Assembly (NCBI GenBank): GCA_024644945.1
Contig: JAHEGU010000006.1
Coordinates: forward strand, 39,143 to 103,142
Source: Gammaproteobacteria bacterium
GTDB taxonomy: Bacteria; Pseudomonadota; Gammaproteobacteria; Arenicellales; Poriferihabitantaceae
Direction: 5' to 3'
DNA length: 64,000 nucleotides
In this document: one piece after another, positions 55,815-64,000 of the stretch
Layout of the letters: the number at the start of each line of letters is the position of its first letter
Numbering within the stretch: position 1 is the stretch's first letter
Notes under the pieces: model-generated
Seen by the model: only the letters and a program-made list of their open reading frames with translations
The model's database searches: none
Told to the model about the DNA's origin: nothing
Translations under genes and position numbers: made by a program

Positions 55815-57422
55815 GTGCAAGACGTGCAACAAGACAAAAAACGGTCTAACGCTCTAAGGCCTATCAATGCCGAAATCGTGGACGGAGAGAACAACCCCGT
55901 CTTTTATGATTTTGCCTATTCGGTTAAAGGAGATGCTTTGCCAGGCAGCATTGATCAAATTAAACAGGCGCACGGACAAAACGTCCGCCTGCTGCCACTT
56001 TCAGGCGCATCTGGTGGTGGAGGAATATTCCAGATTTCAAGCCCTGCAAACGGACCTATTGTGGGTCTGCAAATCACGCCCACCAGTCAACCGAATATTG
56101 AGCTTGGAGAAGTTTCCGATCTCACCACCCTGGCGCTGGATCAGATCATCATTGACCAAGAGCGTGAACGAATCTATGCCGGGGCTGCGATCACACTGGA
56201 TCAACTGAGCCAAGCACTGGCTGACCGACTTGGGGAACAATATAGAATATTGGGAGCAGACCTGACCAGCTATACCTATGCACAAGTCGGCGCCACTTTT
56301 ATGACTGGCGGCATGGGACCGCAACGACGCTATTTCAGTGACAGCGTCACCAGTATATCGTTACACAACGGCGATCAAATTGAGTTGATATCTGGCGATA
56401 GGCTTTACGACTATGCGGGCACATATGGCTGGACAGGCCTGGTGACCGCGGTGTGCTGTCGCTACTATACTTTGCCAATGCACGAGATAGCTTTCGCTGT
56501 TCCGGTCAGCAATACCCCAGACCACCTGGCCCGTCTGCTTGCCTCCTTTTCCGCGCATGCCTACCTTAAATTCGACAACAGCCGAGTGGTCACAGTTAAT
56601 AACGAAACAGATCTGATTACCGGTCTTGAACATGTTACCGCCCTATCCATGGAACCGATGTTTCAAAGAGATGGCGATAACCCCGTCACTCGCCGTGCTG
56701 CTGGACTTAAACAGAAATGTCTTGACGCCGGCGCAGACGGGCTGCTTTTCGTAAGCGGATACAGCGACCGTTCCACTGATGAATTCCTTTTGCGGCTAAT
56801 CGACGATCCAGAGTCGAAAGAGCTCACCATTGCTGGCACCAGCCTTGAATACACTGAAGTGTTCAGCGATCCAGATCTGATGCGCGCACTCAGAGAAGCC
56901 ATTCCCTTCGCCGCCCGTACCCAGGAGCCCGAAGGGCAATTCGTATACAAAGGTCACACTGACGCCACTATTCGTCTGCACCCGGACCGGGTTGCTTCGG
57001 CCATGTCCTCACTATGGCAGGCGAATCAAGATTACGTTAATAGTGTTGAAGCAATTTTCGATGACAATAGCGAAGTAGAAGGACAAATTCTGATTTACGG
57101 CCACCTGAACCCATACGGCGTCGATCCACACAATCGACTTACCATGGCATGTAATGATGAAGCAGTATTTAAAAATGCAGTGTCCTTTCTGCACGAAAAG
57201 CGTGCGCATTTTTACCAAGCACTGAGCGCCTTATGTGATGACACCGGATCACTATTCATCGGCGGCGAAAAAGGCGCGGGCTCGGAACAGGAAATTCTGC
57301 CAGCACTCGGTGGCCCTGAAAATGCGCCCACTGCACTAGCGGATAAATTCAATCGACAGTCTGCAGTGATCCGTACCGCCTCACCAATGTTTAACTGGAG
57401 AGCTTTGGCCCCTTATCACTAG
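55815..57422 (+). CDS. divergent FAD-linked oxidase (PCMH/FAD_binding_4-like N-domain)
   Basis: 535 aa, GTG start. LPLSGASGGGG, AQVGATFMTGGMGPQRRYFSDSV..ISLHNGDQIELISGD...YDYAGTYGWTGLVTAV fits the FAD-binding PCMH fold. The C-terminal half is unrecognised. Confidence 0.6.
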   Translation: MQDVQQDKKRSNALRPINAEIVDGENNPVFYDFAYSVKGDALPGSIDQIKQAHGQNVRLLPLSGASGGGGIFQISSPANGPIVGLQITPTSQPNIELGEVSDLTTLALDQIIIDQERERIYAGAAITLDQLSQALADRLGEQYRILGADLTSYTYAQVGATFMTGGMGPQRRYFSDSVTSISLHNGDQIELISGDRLYDYAGTYGWTGLVTAVCCRYYTLPMHEIAFAVPVSNTPDHLARLLASFSAHAYLKFDNSRVVTVNNETDLITGLEHVTALSMEPMFQRDGDNPVTRRAAGLKQKCLDAGADGLLFVSGYSDRSTDEFLLRLIDDPESKELTIAGTSLEYTEVFSDPDLMRALREAIPFAARTQEPEGQFVYKGHTDATIRLHPDRVASAMSSLWQANQDYVNSVEAIFDDNSEVEGQILIYGHLNPYGVDPHNRLTMACNDEAVFKNAVSFLHEKRAHFYQALSALCDDTGSLFIGGEKGAGSEQEILPALGGPENAPTALADKFNRQSAVIRTASPMFNWRALAPYH

Positions 57423-57567
57423 CACTGAATTGACTTACTTCATTATTACTAACGCTGGATGTCAATACTGATGATATTGCGCAGTTAGTTTGTTACTGGC
57501 TCCGATTTGATCACCTTATGATGATCCCTCCAAGAACCAACCAAGCGGAGTTGATTTCATAAATATA

Positions 57568-57604
57568 AACTAATATACTAGTTATTTAGTTATATATAGA
57601 TAAC
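57568..57604 (+). promoter_or_regulatory. two 16-bp imperfect palindromes (AACTAATATACTAGTT, GTTATATATAGATAAC), candidate ArsR-family operators
   Basis: Each palindrome pairs at 7 of 8 positions, with the mismatch at the same position. They lie 4-40 nt upstream of the arsR-like ATG at 57608. Confidence 0.35.
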
Positions 57605-57607
57605 CAC

Positions 57608-57919
57608 ATGCTTGCTATTGAAGAAGCCGCAAACGGATTTGCAGCAGCCGGTTCGGAACCCAGACTTGAAGTGCTGTTGACCTTAGTCCGGGCTGGACCA
57701 GATGGTCTGACTGTTGGCGAAATCATCGAGCGTGTTGGATTACCAGCCTCCACACTTGCTCATCACTTGCGATTCCTTGGTGCCGGAGGCTTGATCGATC
57801 AACATAAACAAGGACGTGTGGTCATCAATCGCGCCAATTACCAAAAAATTGAAGAGCTGGCCGCTTTTCTGCTTCAAGAGTGCTGCGCTGATACTAATTC
57901 GGTGGCCAAATCGGGATGA
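57608..57919 (+). CDS. ArsR/SmtB family transcriptional regulator
   Basis: 103 aa. Winged HTH (LTVGEIIERVGLPASTLAHHLRFLGAGGLI). No alpha3 CxC site, but a vicinal CC pair near the C-terminus (LLQECCAD). Confidence 0.85.
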   Translation: MLAIEEAANGFAAAGSEPRLEVLLTLVRAGPDGLTVGEIIERVGLPASTLAHHLRFLGAGGLIDQHKQGRVVINRANYQKIEELAAFLLQECCADTNSVAKSG

Positions 57920-57950
57920 TTAATGAAACCAATATACTGCACTCATCGCA

Positions 57951-58988
57951 ATGACTGAACTGGTTTTCAAAGGCTTTTCCGGACTGCAGAAAGTTGTAGA
58001 AAAGATAACCTCAGTGTGGACATTGATCTTGTTGATCCCGCTCATTGTGGCGCTGGTCGATGTCACACAGGTGAATCAGATAATTCGGCTGGCGAGTGAA
58101 GCGCTGGTCGGCACACTTCCATTTATTTTAATTGCAGTTCTGTTGGTGGCTTTGCTTAAAGCGAGCAGCGCCGAGTCGCTAGTTGCCAGAGTGTTTGAGG
58201 GGAAGGAAAACAGGATGATCATATTGGCTGCCCTGTTTGGTGGTCTGGCCCCGTTTTGTTCGTGTGAAGTGATTCCATTCATTGCCGGGTTACTGGCTGT
58301 AGGCGCACCGCTCTCGGCAGTAATGGCATTTTGGCTTTCTTCCCCTCTGATTGATCCAGCAGGTCTGATGATTACTGCCGGGGCATTAGGCTGGGAATTC
58401 GCGGTTGGAAAGACAGTCGCGGCAGTCTGTCTAGGGCTCATCGGTGGCTTTGCGATTCGATTTGCCAGCCGACATGGGGTATTCAATCATCCTCTAAAAG
58501 ATCATGGTGTCGACGGCGGGTGTGGCTGTGGTCCCTCTCCTTTTCAGGGCAAACCGTCCTGGCGCGTATGGAAGGACCCAGAGAGATTATCTGTTTTCAG
58601 AGACCAGGCATCCGAAAATGCTGGGTTTTTAATTAAGTGGCTGGCATTTGCATATCTTCTTGAGGCGCTCTTAATCACTTACGTTCCCGCCCAGACCATT
58701 GCCGGAGTTGTCGGTGGAGAAGGGCTGTTTCCAATCATAATTGGGGCATTGGTCGGCGCCCCCGCATATCTCAACAGCTATGCGGCACCGCCACTGGTAG
58801 CCGGACTGATGCAGCAGGGGATGACTGCGGGAGCGGCGATGGCATTTATGGTTGCGGGCGCAGTCAGCTCAATCCCTGCGATGGCTGCGGTTTGGTCGTT
58901 GGTGAGGCTATCTGTGTTTCTTGTATATATCGGATTTGGGATCTTCGGTGCCATTGTCATCGGTTTGTTTTACGAAGTGTTGGTATAA
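57951..58988 (+). CDS. PF03773-type permease (ArsP-like)
   Basis: 345 aa polytopic protein. The APFCSCEVIPF motif matches the conserved CSC-containing segment reported for ArsP organoarsenical efflux permeases. Confidence 0.7.
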   Translation: MTELVFKGFSGLQKVVEKITSVWTLILLIPLIVALVDVTQVNQIIRLASEALVGTLPFILIAVLLVALLKASSAESLVARVFEGKENRMIILAALFGGLAPFCSCEVIPFIAGLLAVGAPLSAVMAFWLSSPLIDPAGLMITAGALGWEFAVGKTVAAVCLGLIGGFAIRFASRHGVFNHPLKDHGVDGGCGCGPSPFQGKPSWRVWKDPERLSVFRDQASENAGFLIKWLAFAYLLEALLITYVPAQTIAGVVGGEGLFPIIIGALVGAPAYLNSYAAPPLVAGLMQQGMTAGAAMAFMVAGAVSSIPAMAAVWSLVRLSVFLVYIGFGIFGAIVIGLFYEVLV

Positions 58989-59031
58989 ATTTAACTCACA
59001 TCAAGGAATCCAGAGATGGATTGATCAAGGA

Positions 59032-61935
59032 TTGAACTTTCCAATCACGTTCAAGGCTCTTTTGACCTCACATACTGATACTGCGAAGTCTGATATTTCT
59101 GCCCAAGATATCAAACCGGAGCTGGAACAAAGCTTGCTCTTTCTTATTGAGGATCTGGCGCATGAAATCAATCCGCGGCGGCAAGTTCGAGCCACAATGC
59201 AATCGTCACTGCAGCGCGATCTTGGTTTCGACAGCCTGGGCTTCTCGGAACTGGTGTTGCGGGCCGAAAAGCAATATAAACTGAGATTGCCGGATGATCT
59301 GCTCAGTCGTTTAGAAACACCCGCTGATCTGGCTGAAGAAATCGAGCGAGCACGTCGATCCACTGACGCTTCATACTCCCAGCAAGCAAAGCATCTACCC
59401 AGATCCACAATCGAAACTCTGCCGGATACTGCTACTACACTCATCGAAGTATTGCAGTGGCACACTCACCACAATCCAGACAGACCACATATTTTATTGT
59501 CAGACGGATACCATGAAAGCGAAAGCATTACTTTTCGCAAACTCGCTGAAACCGCAAGCATTCAGGCTAATGGCATGCGTTCATGGGGACTGGAACCAGG
59601 AGAGTTCGTCGGCATCATGCTGCCGACCGGTCGCGAATTCTTCGAAGCGTTCTTTGGAACGCTTCTTGCGGGTGGCGTGCCTGTGCCGATGTATCCCCCG
59701 GTACGTTTGTCTCAGCTCGAGGAACACCTGCGCAGACAGGCTGGTATTCTGCGCAACTCTGAAGCTGCTTTGTTGTTAGTGCCCGATCAAGGTAAAGCGC
59801 TCACCTCCTTACTGGGGGGACAAATACAGTCCCTGCGCGCGGTTTCAACCGTTGAGGACATGCGCGGAGAGTCGAAGTCGATGCCCCCATTGTTACGCAG
59901 GGCCGAAGATCTCGCTATGTTGCAATACACATCAGGCAGTACCGGCGATCCAAAAGGTGTCATGCTGACCCATGCCAACTTGCTCGCCAACATCCGGGCA
60001 ATGGGCGATGCTATTCAAGCCAAACCCAGTGATGTTTTTGTCAGTTGGCTGCCGCTATATCATGATCTTGGTCTCATAGGTGCCTGGTTCGGCAGTCTTT
60101 ACCATGCGATACCGGTCATAATTATGTCACCCTTGCGTTTCATTGTGCGACCGGAAAGCTGGCTATGGGCGATTCATAGAAATTCGGCCACGCTCTCGGC
60201 CGCCCCTAACTTTGCTTTCGAACTCTGTGCCAACAAAATTGAAGATAGCTCCATTGAAGGACTTGATCTAAGTTCTTTACGGATGATTGCGAACGGTGCT
60301 GAGCCCGTCAGTGCTGAAACTATTCGCAGATTTACCAGACGCTTCGCGCCATACGGATTGAGCGCGAAAGCGATGACCCCGGTATACGGCTTAGCAGAGA
60401 ATTCGGTCGGACTTGCTTTCTCATCTATAAATGACGAACCCGTTGTCGACTTGGTCAGTCGCGACAAGCTCCAACAAAACGAAATTGCCTCTCCGGCAGA
60501 CGCCGCTGAAACACATCCATTGTCTTTCGTTTCATCTGGCATGCCTTTGCGCGGCCATCAGATCCGGATTGTCGATGCACTCGGACGCGAGCTTCCGGAA
60601 CGTCATCAGGGTCGACTTGAATTCAAGGGACCGTCAGCGACCCAGGGCTACTACCGAGATCTGCAAAAGACCAACGCCATTCTTCACGACGGCTGGATAG
60701 ACAGCGGCGACCTCGCTTACATTGCTGAAGGCAATGTCTTCCTCACAGGTCGGATAAAGGACATCATTATAAAAGGCGGTCACAATATATACCCGCAGGA
60801 ACTAGAAGAGGTTGTTGGCAATCTCGCGGGCATCCGTAAAGGCTGCGTAGTGGCATTTGCCAGCGCTGATAGCGACACCGCTTCAGAGCGTTTGATTATC
60901 GTTGCGGAAACACGCAGCACCGACAACGCATCACACGAACAGTTGGAAAAATCCGTGGCACAAACGGTGACGGATATACTAGGCGCCCCGGCCGATCGAG
61001 TCATCATCTCGCCGCCACATACGGTGCCCAAAACATCAAGTGGAAAAATTCGACGTTCAACCACACGCGATCTATACGAAGCCAACAAGCTCGGACAACC
61101 GGTTCGGGCACTTTGGCTGCAGGTTCTGCGTCTTGGCCTGATATCGGCTTGGCCGCGGTTAAGACGACTGACTAAAACACTATCTGATCTGGCCTACGCA
61201 GGTTGGTGGTGGACGGTACTTGTAACTATGGGTGCAGTGACCTGGTTCGCGATTCTGTTACTTCCTAAGCGTCGCCAACGATGGGGGTTTTGCCGAACTG
61301 CGGCTCGAGTTGCATTATGGTTGATGCGCATTCCGGTTACAGTGGCTGGCAAAATACGATTGGAAATTGATACCGCCATCCTTGCCGCAAATCATTCGAG
61401 CTACTTCGATGTTCTGGTACTCACCTCGATCTTGCACGGAGAGCCTGTTTTTGTAGCCAAAAAAGAGCTATCTACGCAGTTTGTTGCCGGCACCTTCTTA
61501 CGCAGGCTCGGGGCGCAATTCGTTGACAGGGCAATAGCAAAAGCCGGACTCGATGAAGTAGAGGCTTTCAAAGACATGGTTAATTCAGGGCAACAGCTAG
61601 TGGTTTTTCCTGAATCGACATTTTTCAGAATGCCGGGACTTCTTCAATTCCGACTTGGTGTATTCGCGATTGCCTGCAGCACAAACACCCGGGTACTACC
61701 TATCGCCATCAGCGGCACCCGATCGATTCTACGCGGCGAACAATGGTTCCCTCGTCACGGGTCGGTAAAAGTTGATGTACTTAAGCCGGTAGCACCAACA
61801 GGAAAGGACTTTGCCGCCACCATTCAACTCCGAGACAGAGTCAGAGAAGACATCCTTTCCTCTTGTGGCGAACCCGATACGTTGGAAACAGAGGTAGTGT
61901 TTTCGGTTAGCCCGAATCGGCAAGTTCGCAGCTAA
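59032..61935 (+). CDS. tri-domain fusion: acyl carrier domain + fatty acyl-AMP ligase (FAAL) + TM segments + PlsC-type (LPLAT) acyltransferase
   Basis: Carrier motif LGFDSLGFSEL. FAAL hallmarks LQYTSGSTGDPKGVMLTHANLLANI and WLPLYHDLGLIG. Hydrophobic WWWTVLVTMGAVTWFAILLL. Acyltransferase motifs ANHSSYFD (HX4D) and VVFPESTF. The ORF is open from 58921 and has no in-frame ATG before the carrier domain. TTG at 59032 or 59062 is plausible. Confidence 0.8.
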   Translation: MNFPITFKALLTSHTDTAKSDISAQDIKPELEQSLLFLIEDLAHEINPRRQVRATMQSSLQRDLGFDSLGFSELVLRAEKQYKLRLPDDLLSRLETPADLAEEIERARRSTDASYSQQAKHLPRSTIETLPDTATTLIEVLQWHTHHNPDRPHILLSDGYHESESITFRKLAETASIQANGMRSWGLEPGEFVGIMLPTGREFFEAFFGTLLAGGVPVPMYPPVRLSQLEEHLRRQAGILRNSEAALLLVPDQGKALTSLLGGQIQSLRAVSTVEDMRGESKSMPPLLRRAEDLAMLQYTSGSTGDPKGVMLTHANLLANIRAMGDAIQAKPSDVFVSWLPLYHDLGLIGAWFGSLYHAIPVIIMSPLRFIVRPESWLWAIHRNSATLSAAPNFAFELCANKIEDSSIEGLDLSSLRMIANGAEPVSAETIRRFTRRFAPYGLSAKAMTPVYGLAENSVGLAFSSINDEPVVDLVSRDKLQQNEIASPADAAETHPLSFVSSGMPLRGHQIRIVDALGRELPERHQGRLEFKGPSATQGYYRDLQKTNAILHDGWIDSGDLAYIAEGNVFLTGRIKDIIIKGGHNIYPQELEEVVGNLAGIRKGCVVAFASADSDTASERLIIVAETRSTDNASHEQLEKSVAQTVTDILGAPADRVIISPPHTVPKTSSGKIRRSTTRDLYEANKLGQPVRALWLQVLRLGLISAWPRLRRLTKTLSDLAYAGWWWTVLVTMGAVTWFAILLLPKRRQRWGFCRTAARVALWLMRIPVTVAGKIRLEIDTAILAANHSSYFDVLVLTSILHGEPVFVAKKELSTQFVAGTFLRRLGAQFVDRAIAKAGLDEVEAFKDMVNSGQQLVVFPESTFFRMPGLLQFRLGVFAIACSTNTRVLPIAISGTRSILRGEQWFPRHGSVKVDVLKPVAPTGKDFAATIQLRDRVREDILSSCGEPDTLETEVVFSVSPNRQVRS

Positions 61936-61943
61936 AACGCGTT

Positions 61944-63053
61944 TCAATTTTTACAGGTAAACAGCGGCTCACCAAGTCGATCTACATCTACTTCTACACC
62001 TAACCCGGGACCGGTGGGTGCTGCACCAACACCATTATCTGACCGTGGCATGTAACCCGCAATATGTTCGTTGGTCCAGTCGTTCATAAATGATACCGTT
62101 AAAACTTGATCTGCCCGGGTGCTGGCCGCGAGATGGCTGACTGCGGCCGTAACCAGGTCACCGCCCCATGAATCTTCAATGGTCACTCGTAATCCAAGCT
62201 TGTCAGCGATATCTCGAACCAGTTTCGATCCTGTGAGGCCCGCAAACTTGGAAATTTTTAAATTTACCGCCTCCATGCCGTCGGCATGAAATGCACGTAG
62301 CATGGTATTAATATCCGTGATGACTTCATCCAGTACCATGGGCAGGCTGGTATGGCGACGCACGTAAAGACACTCCTCCAAAGTCTTGCACGGTTCCTCG
62401 AAAAAGACACGGTGCAACGGTTCCAGTAATCGTGCCGCAATCATCGCATCTTGCAATCGCCACCCACCATTGGCGTCGGCGACAATATAGTCCTCATCGC
62501 CAGTGACCTCCACCACATGGCGAACCCGTTCAGCGTCTTTATAGGGGTTGGCGCCTATCTTCAGCTGAAAGCGATGAATCCCTTCAGCTCTCCTTTCCAG
62601 CACATACTCTTTCATTTCCTCTGGCTCGCCTAGCGGCACCGCCTTGTACAGCGGAAAGTTGTGCTGTAATCGACCACCAAGTAAAGTCGCGACATCCCGT
62701 CCCGTCGCCTTGCCGAGCAGATCCCAACAGGCTACATCCACTGCGCTCTTGGCGTAACTATGGCCTCTAAGCGATCCGTCCAGGGCGATGTGTACCGCGC
62801 TCAGATTTGTCGGATCCACTCCGATCAGTCCGGGTGCCATTTCCTGCAAAGCTGCTCTGGCGCCTTGTCCATGCGATGCTAAATACAAAGGACCCAGCGG
62901 ACAAACCTCCCCCCATCCTTCCAGTCCCTGATCGGTTGAAATTCTAACTACTGTGCTCGGCAAATGGGTGATCACCTGATTGCCAGACATGACATAGTCA
63001 CCATATCGATAACTTAGATCGTATCCATAGACGGTAAGCTGGGTAACTTTCAT
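61944..63053 (-). CDS. enolase-superfamily enzyme (mandelate racemase/muconate lactonizing enzyme family; proline-derivative epimerase/dehydratase-like)
   Basis: 369 aa. FQLKIG, ADANGGW, FFEEP and VLDEV metal/acid-base motifs. Confidence 0.85.
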   Translation of the reverse strand: MKVTQLTVYGYDLSYRYGDYVMSGNQVITHLPSTVVRISTDQGLEGWGEVCPLGPLYLASHGQGARAALQEMAPGLIGVDPTNLSAVHIALDGSLRGHSYAKSAVDVACWDLLGKATGRDVATLLGGRLQHNFPLYKAVPLGEPEEMKEYVLERRAEGIHRFQLKIGANPYKDAERVRHVVEVTGDEDYIVADANGGWRLQDAMIAARLLEPLHRVFFEEPCKTLEECLYVRRHTSLPMVLDEVITDINTMLRAFHADGMEAVNLKISKFAGLTGSKLVRDIADKLGLRVTIEDSWGGDLVTAAVSHLAASTRADQVLTVSFMNDWTNEHIAGYMPRSDNGVGAAPTGPGLGVEVDVDRLGEPLFTCKN

Positions 63054-63234
63054 TGTATATACTTTGCAGTAAGCATTTATTTCGCCGGGTTATTGTACGC
63101 CACCGCCTCGGGACTGAAGCGCCTGTATCGATCCCATCGCGATCGAATTTGATCACCCATAGCGCGAAGCGCAGGGAATGTGCGGATATACTCTCCACCG
63201 CAGAGCACTTAGCCTGACATTGAGGGCTGTTAGT

Positions 63235-63999
63235 TCAGTAGAAAACAAAACAACGCGTCTCAATACTCTGGCGAACCGGCGCATTCCGTGGTGCTGAAGG
63301 GTCAGCGAAAGACGTGTGAATGGTATAGCGGGCTCGGCCATCTTCTGCGGAATCATAGGTCTTGAATAACAACACCTCGTCCGCCGTCATATGAGGAAAA
63401 TAAAACCATTTATGTTTAGGATTGTATGTGGCCAGCTGAATTTCCCCGGTACGATCCTTGGCTAAACGTTTTACCGGAATCAGATCCTCGGCCGCAGTTG
63501 TGCTTGCATCACACAACGCTAGTGGAAAGTTTTCGATTACCCCAAGCATTGACCTCCAGACATTAACGATCGCGAAGCGACGCTCTAATATTTGAGCAAG
63601 TCTCTGTTGCTGATCCCGGTAAATTTCTTGCAGACGTTTAGGTCCGGACCATGCGGTGTAGTCATTGTGGATCGTTGATGCCGGCTCCCGGGTCATCCTT
63701 TGCTTGCGCGTTTTCTCACAAGCTGCCCGTCGAGTGTGATCGAAGATCACCACCTCATTTGCAGCGGTTTCTTGCTTCACCAGACGCCTGACTTCCGCTT
63801 CATAAATTACCTCAACCTGGGCGTTGTCATAAAAATCTAGAACACGACTGGTTTGCTTGACCAGTTTAAATCCCTGTCGATCTAGACTGAACTCTAATCC
63901 ACACCTACGTCCATCCTCCATTGCAACCATCTGCTGTAGATAGTTGCCTTCGTGAGGCCGAACCTCTCCACCGCCGACTGAAGCGATATACGCGGCCAT
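63235..63999 (-). CDS. CmcJ/NvfI-like oxygenase family protein (tentative)
   Basis: 254 aa, with the ATG 1 nt from the window end. Segments VVIFDHTRR, IHNDYTAWSGPKR and FAIVNVWRS resemble what I recall of the CmcJ/AsaB family. Confidence 0.45.
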   Translation of the reverse strand: MAAYIASVGGGEVRPHEGNYLQQMVAMEDGRRCGLEFSLDRQGFKLVKQTSRVLDFYDNAQVEVIYEAEVRRLVKQETAANEVVIFDHTRRAACEKTRKQRMTREPASTIHNDYTAWSGPKRLQEIYRDQQQRLAQILERRFAIVNVWRSMLGVIENFPLALCDASTTAAEDLIPVKRLAKDRTGEIQLATYNPKHKWFYFPHMTADEVLLFKTYDSAEDGRARYTIHTSFADPSAPRNAPVRQSIETRCFVFY

Positions 64000-64000
64000 A

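Noticed and set aside
1-64000. Search by eye for tRNA, rRNA, CRISPR arrays, transposases, integrases, phage genes or known defence-system genes
   Set aside because: None recognised. No ORF shows DDE, tyrosine- or serine-recombinase, Cas, reverse-transcriptase or restriction-modification motifs. A proper tRNAscan, Infernal or defence-HMM scan could still find elements I missed.

Overview
Densely coding 64-kb bacterial window with about 58 credible protein genes, short intergenic gaps and many 1-8 nt stop/start overlaps. By eye I found no rRNA, tRNA, CRISPR array, transposase or integrase. All functional calls rest on motif recognition in the translated ORFs; no database search or computation was possible. 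The content is a mosaic of catabolic and transport modules resembling a marine heterotrophic proteobacterium, which is an untested taxonomic guess. (1) 1-11.3 kb: aerobic benzoyl-CoA 'box' cluster with aryl-CoA ligase, boxC-boxB-boxA, thioesterase, a BoxR-type regulator, a FadH-like flavoenzyme and a crotonase. (2) 13.0-16.1 kb: TRAP transporter in Q-M-P order abutting a truncated DeoR gene. (3) 16.8-20.6 kb: ung, a FAN1-like VRR-NUC::DEDDh exonuclease fusion and a choline-kinase-family kinase. (4) 20.9-29.4 kb: operon of Rieske oxygenase, glutamine-synthetase-like ligase, five-gene ABC importer and hydrolase. (5) 29.6-34.1 kb: hydroxyproline-type catabolic genes split by a 1.3-kb AT-rich insert carrying two orphan ORFs and an orphan hairpin. 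(6) 34.1-41.9 kb: PCuAC copper chaperone, an MBOAT/AlgJ-like pair, an unknown membrane protein and a HiPIP. (7) 41.9-46.3 kb: tightly coupled lldD-like / ThDP enzyme / transthyretin-fold / DmdA-like operon. (8) 46.5-51 kb: YtoQ, a gene remnant, OCD, a cytosolic-type sulfotransferase and a Kef-type antiporter. (9) 51-57.4 kb: MttB-family methyltransferase, CntA/GbcA-like Rieske oxygenase, 2OG oxygenase and FAD-linked oxidase. (10) 57.6-61.9 kb: ArsR/ArsP-like pair plus a tri-domain ACP-FAAL-acyltransferase fusion. (11) 61.9-64 kb: enolase-superfamily and CmcJ-like genes. Best candidates for undescribed biology are module 7 (a 2-hydroxy-acid oxidation/decarboxylation route coupled to a DMSP-demethylase-like enzyme), module 4 (gamma-glutamylation-dependent oxygenation of an imported amine), the ACP-FAAL-LPLAT fusion, and module 9.
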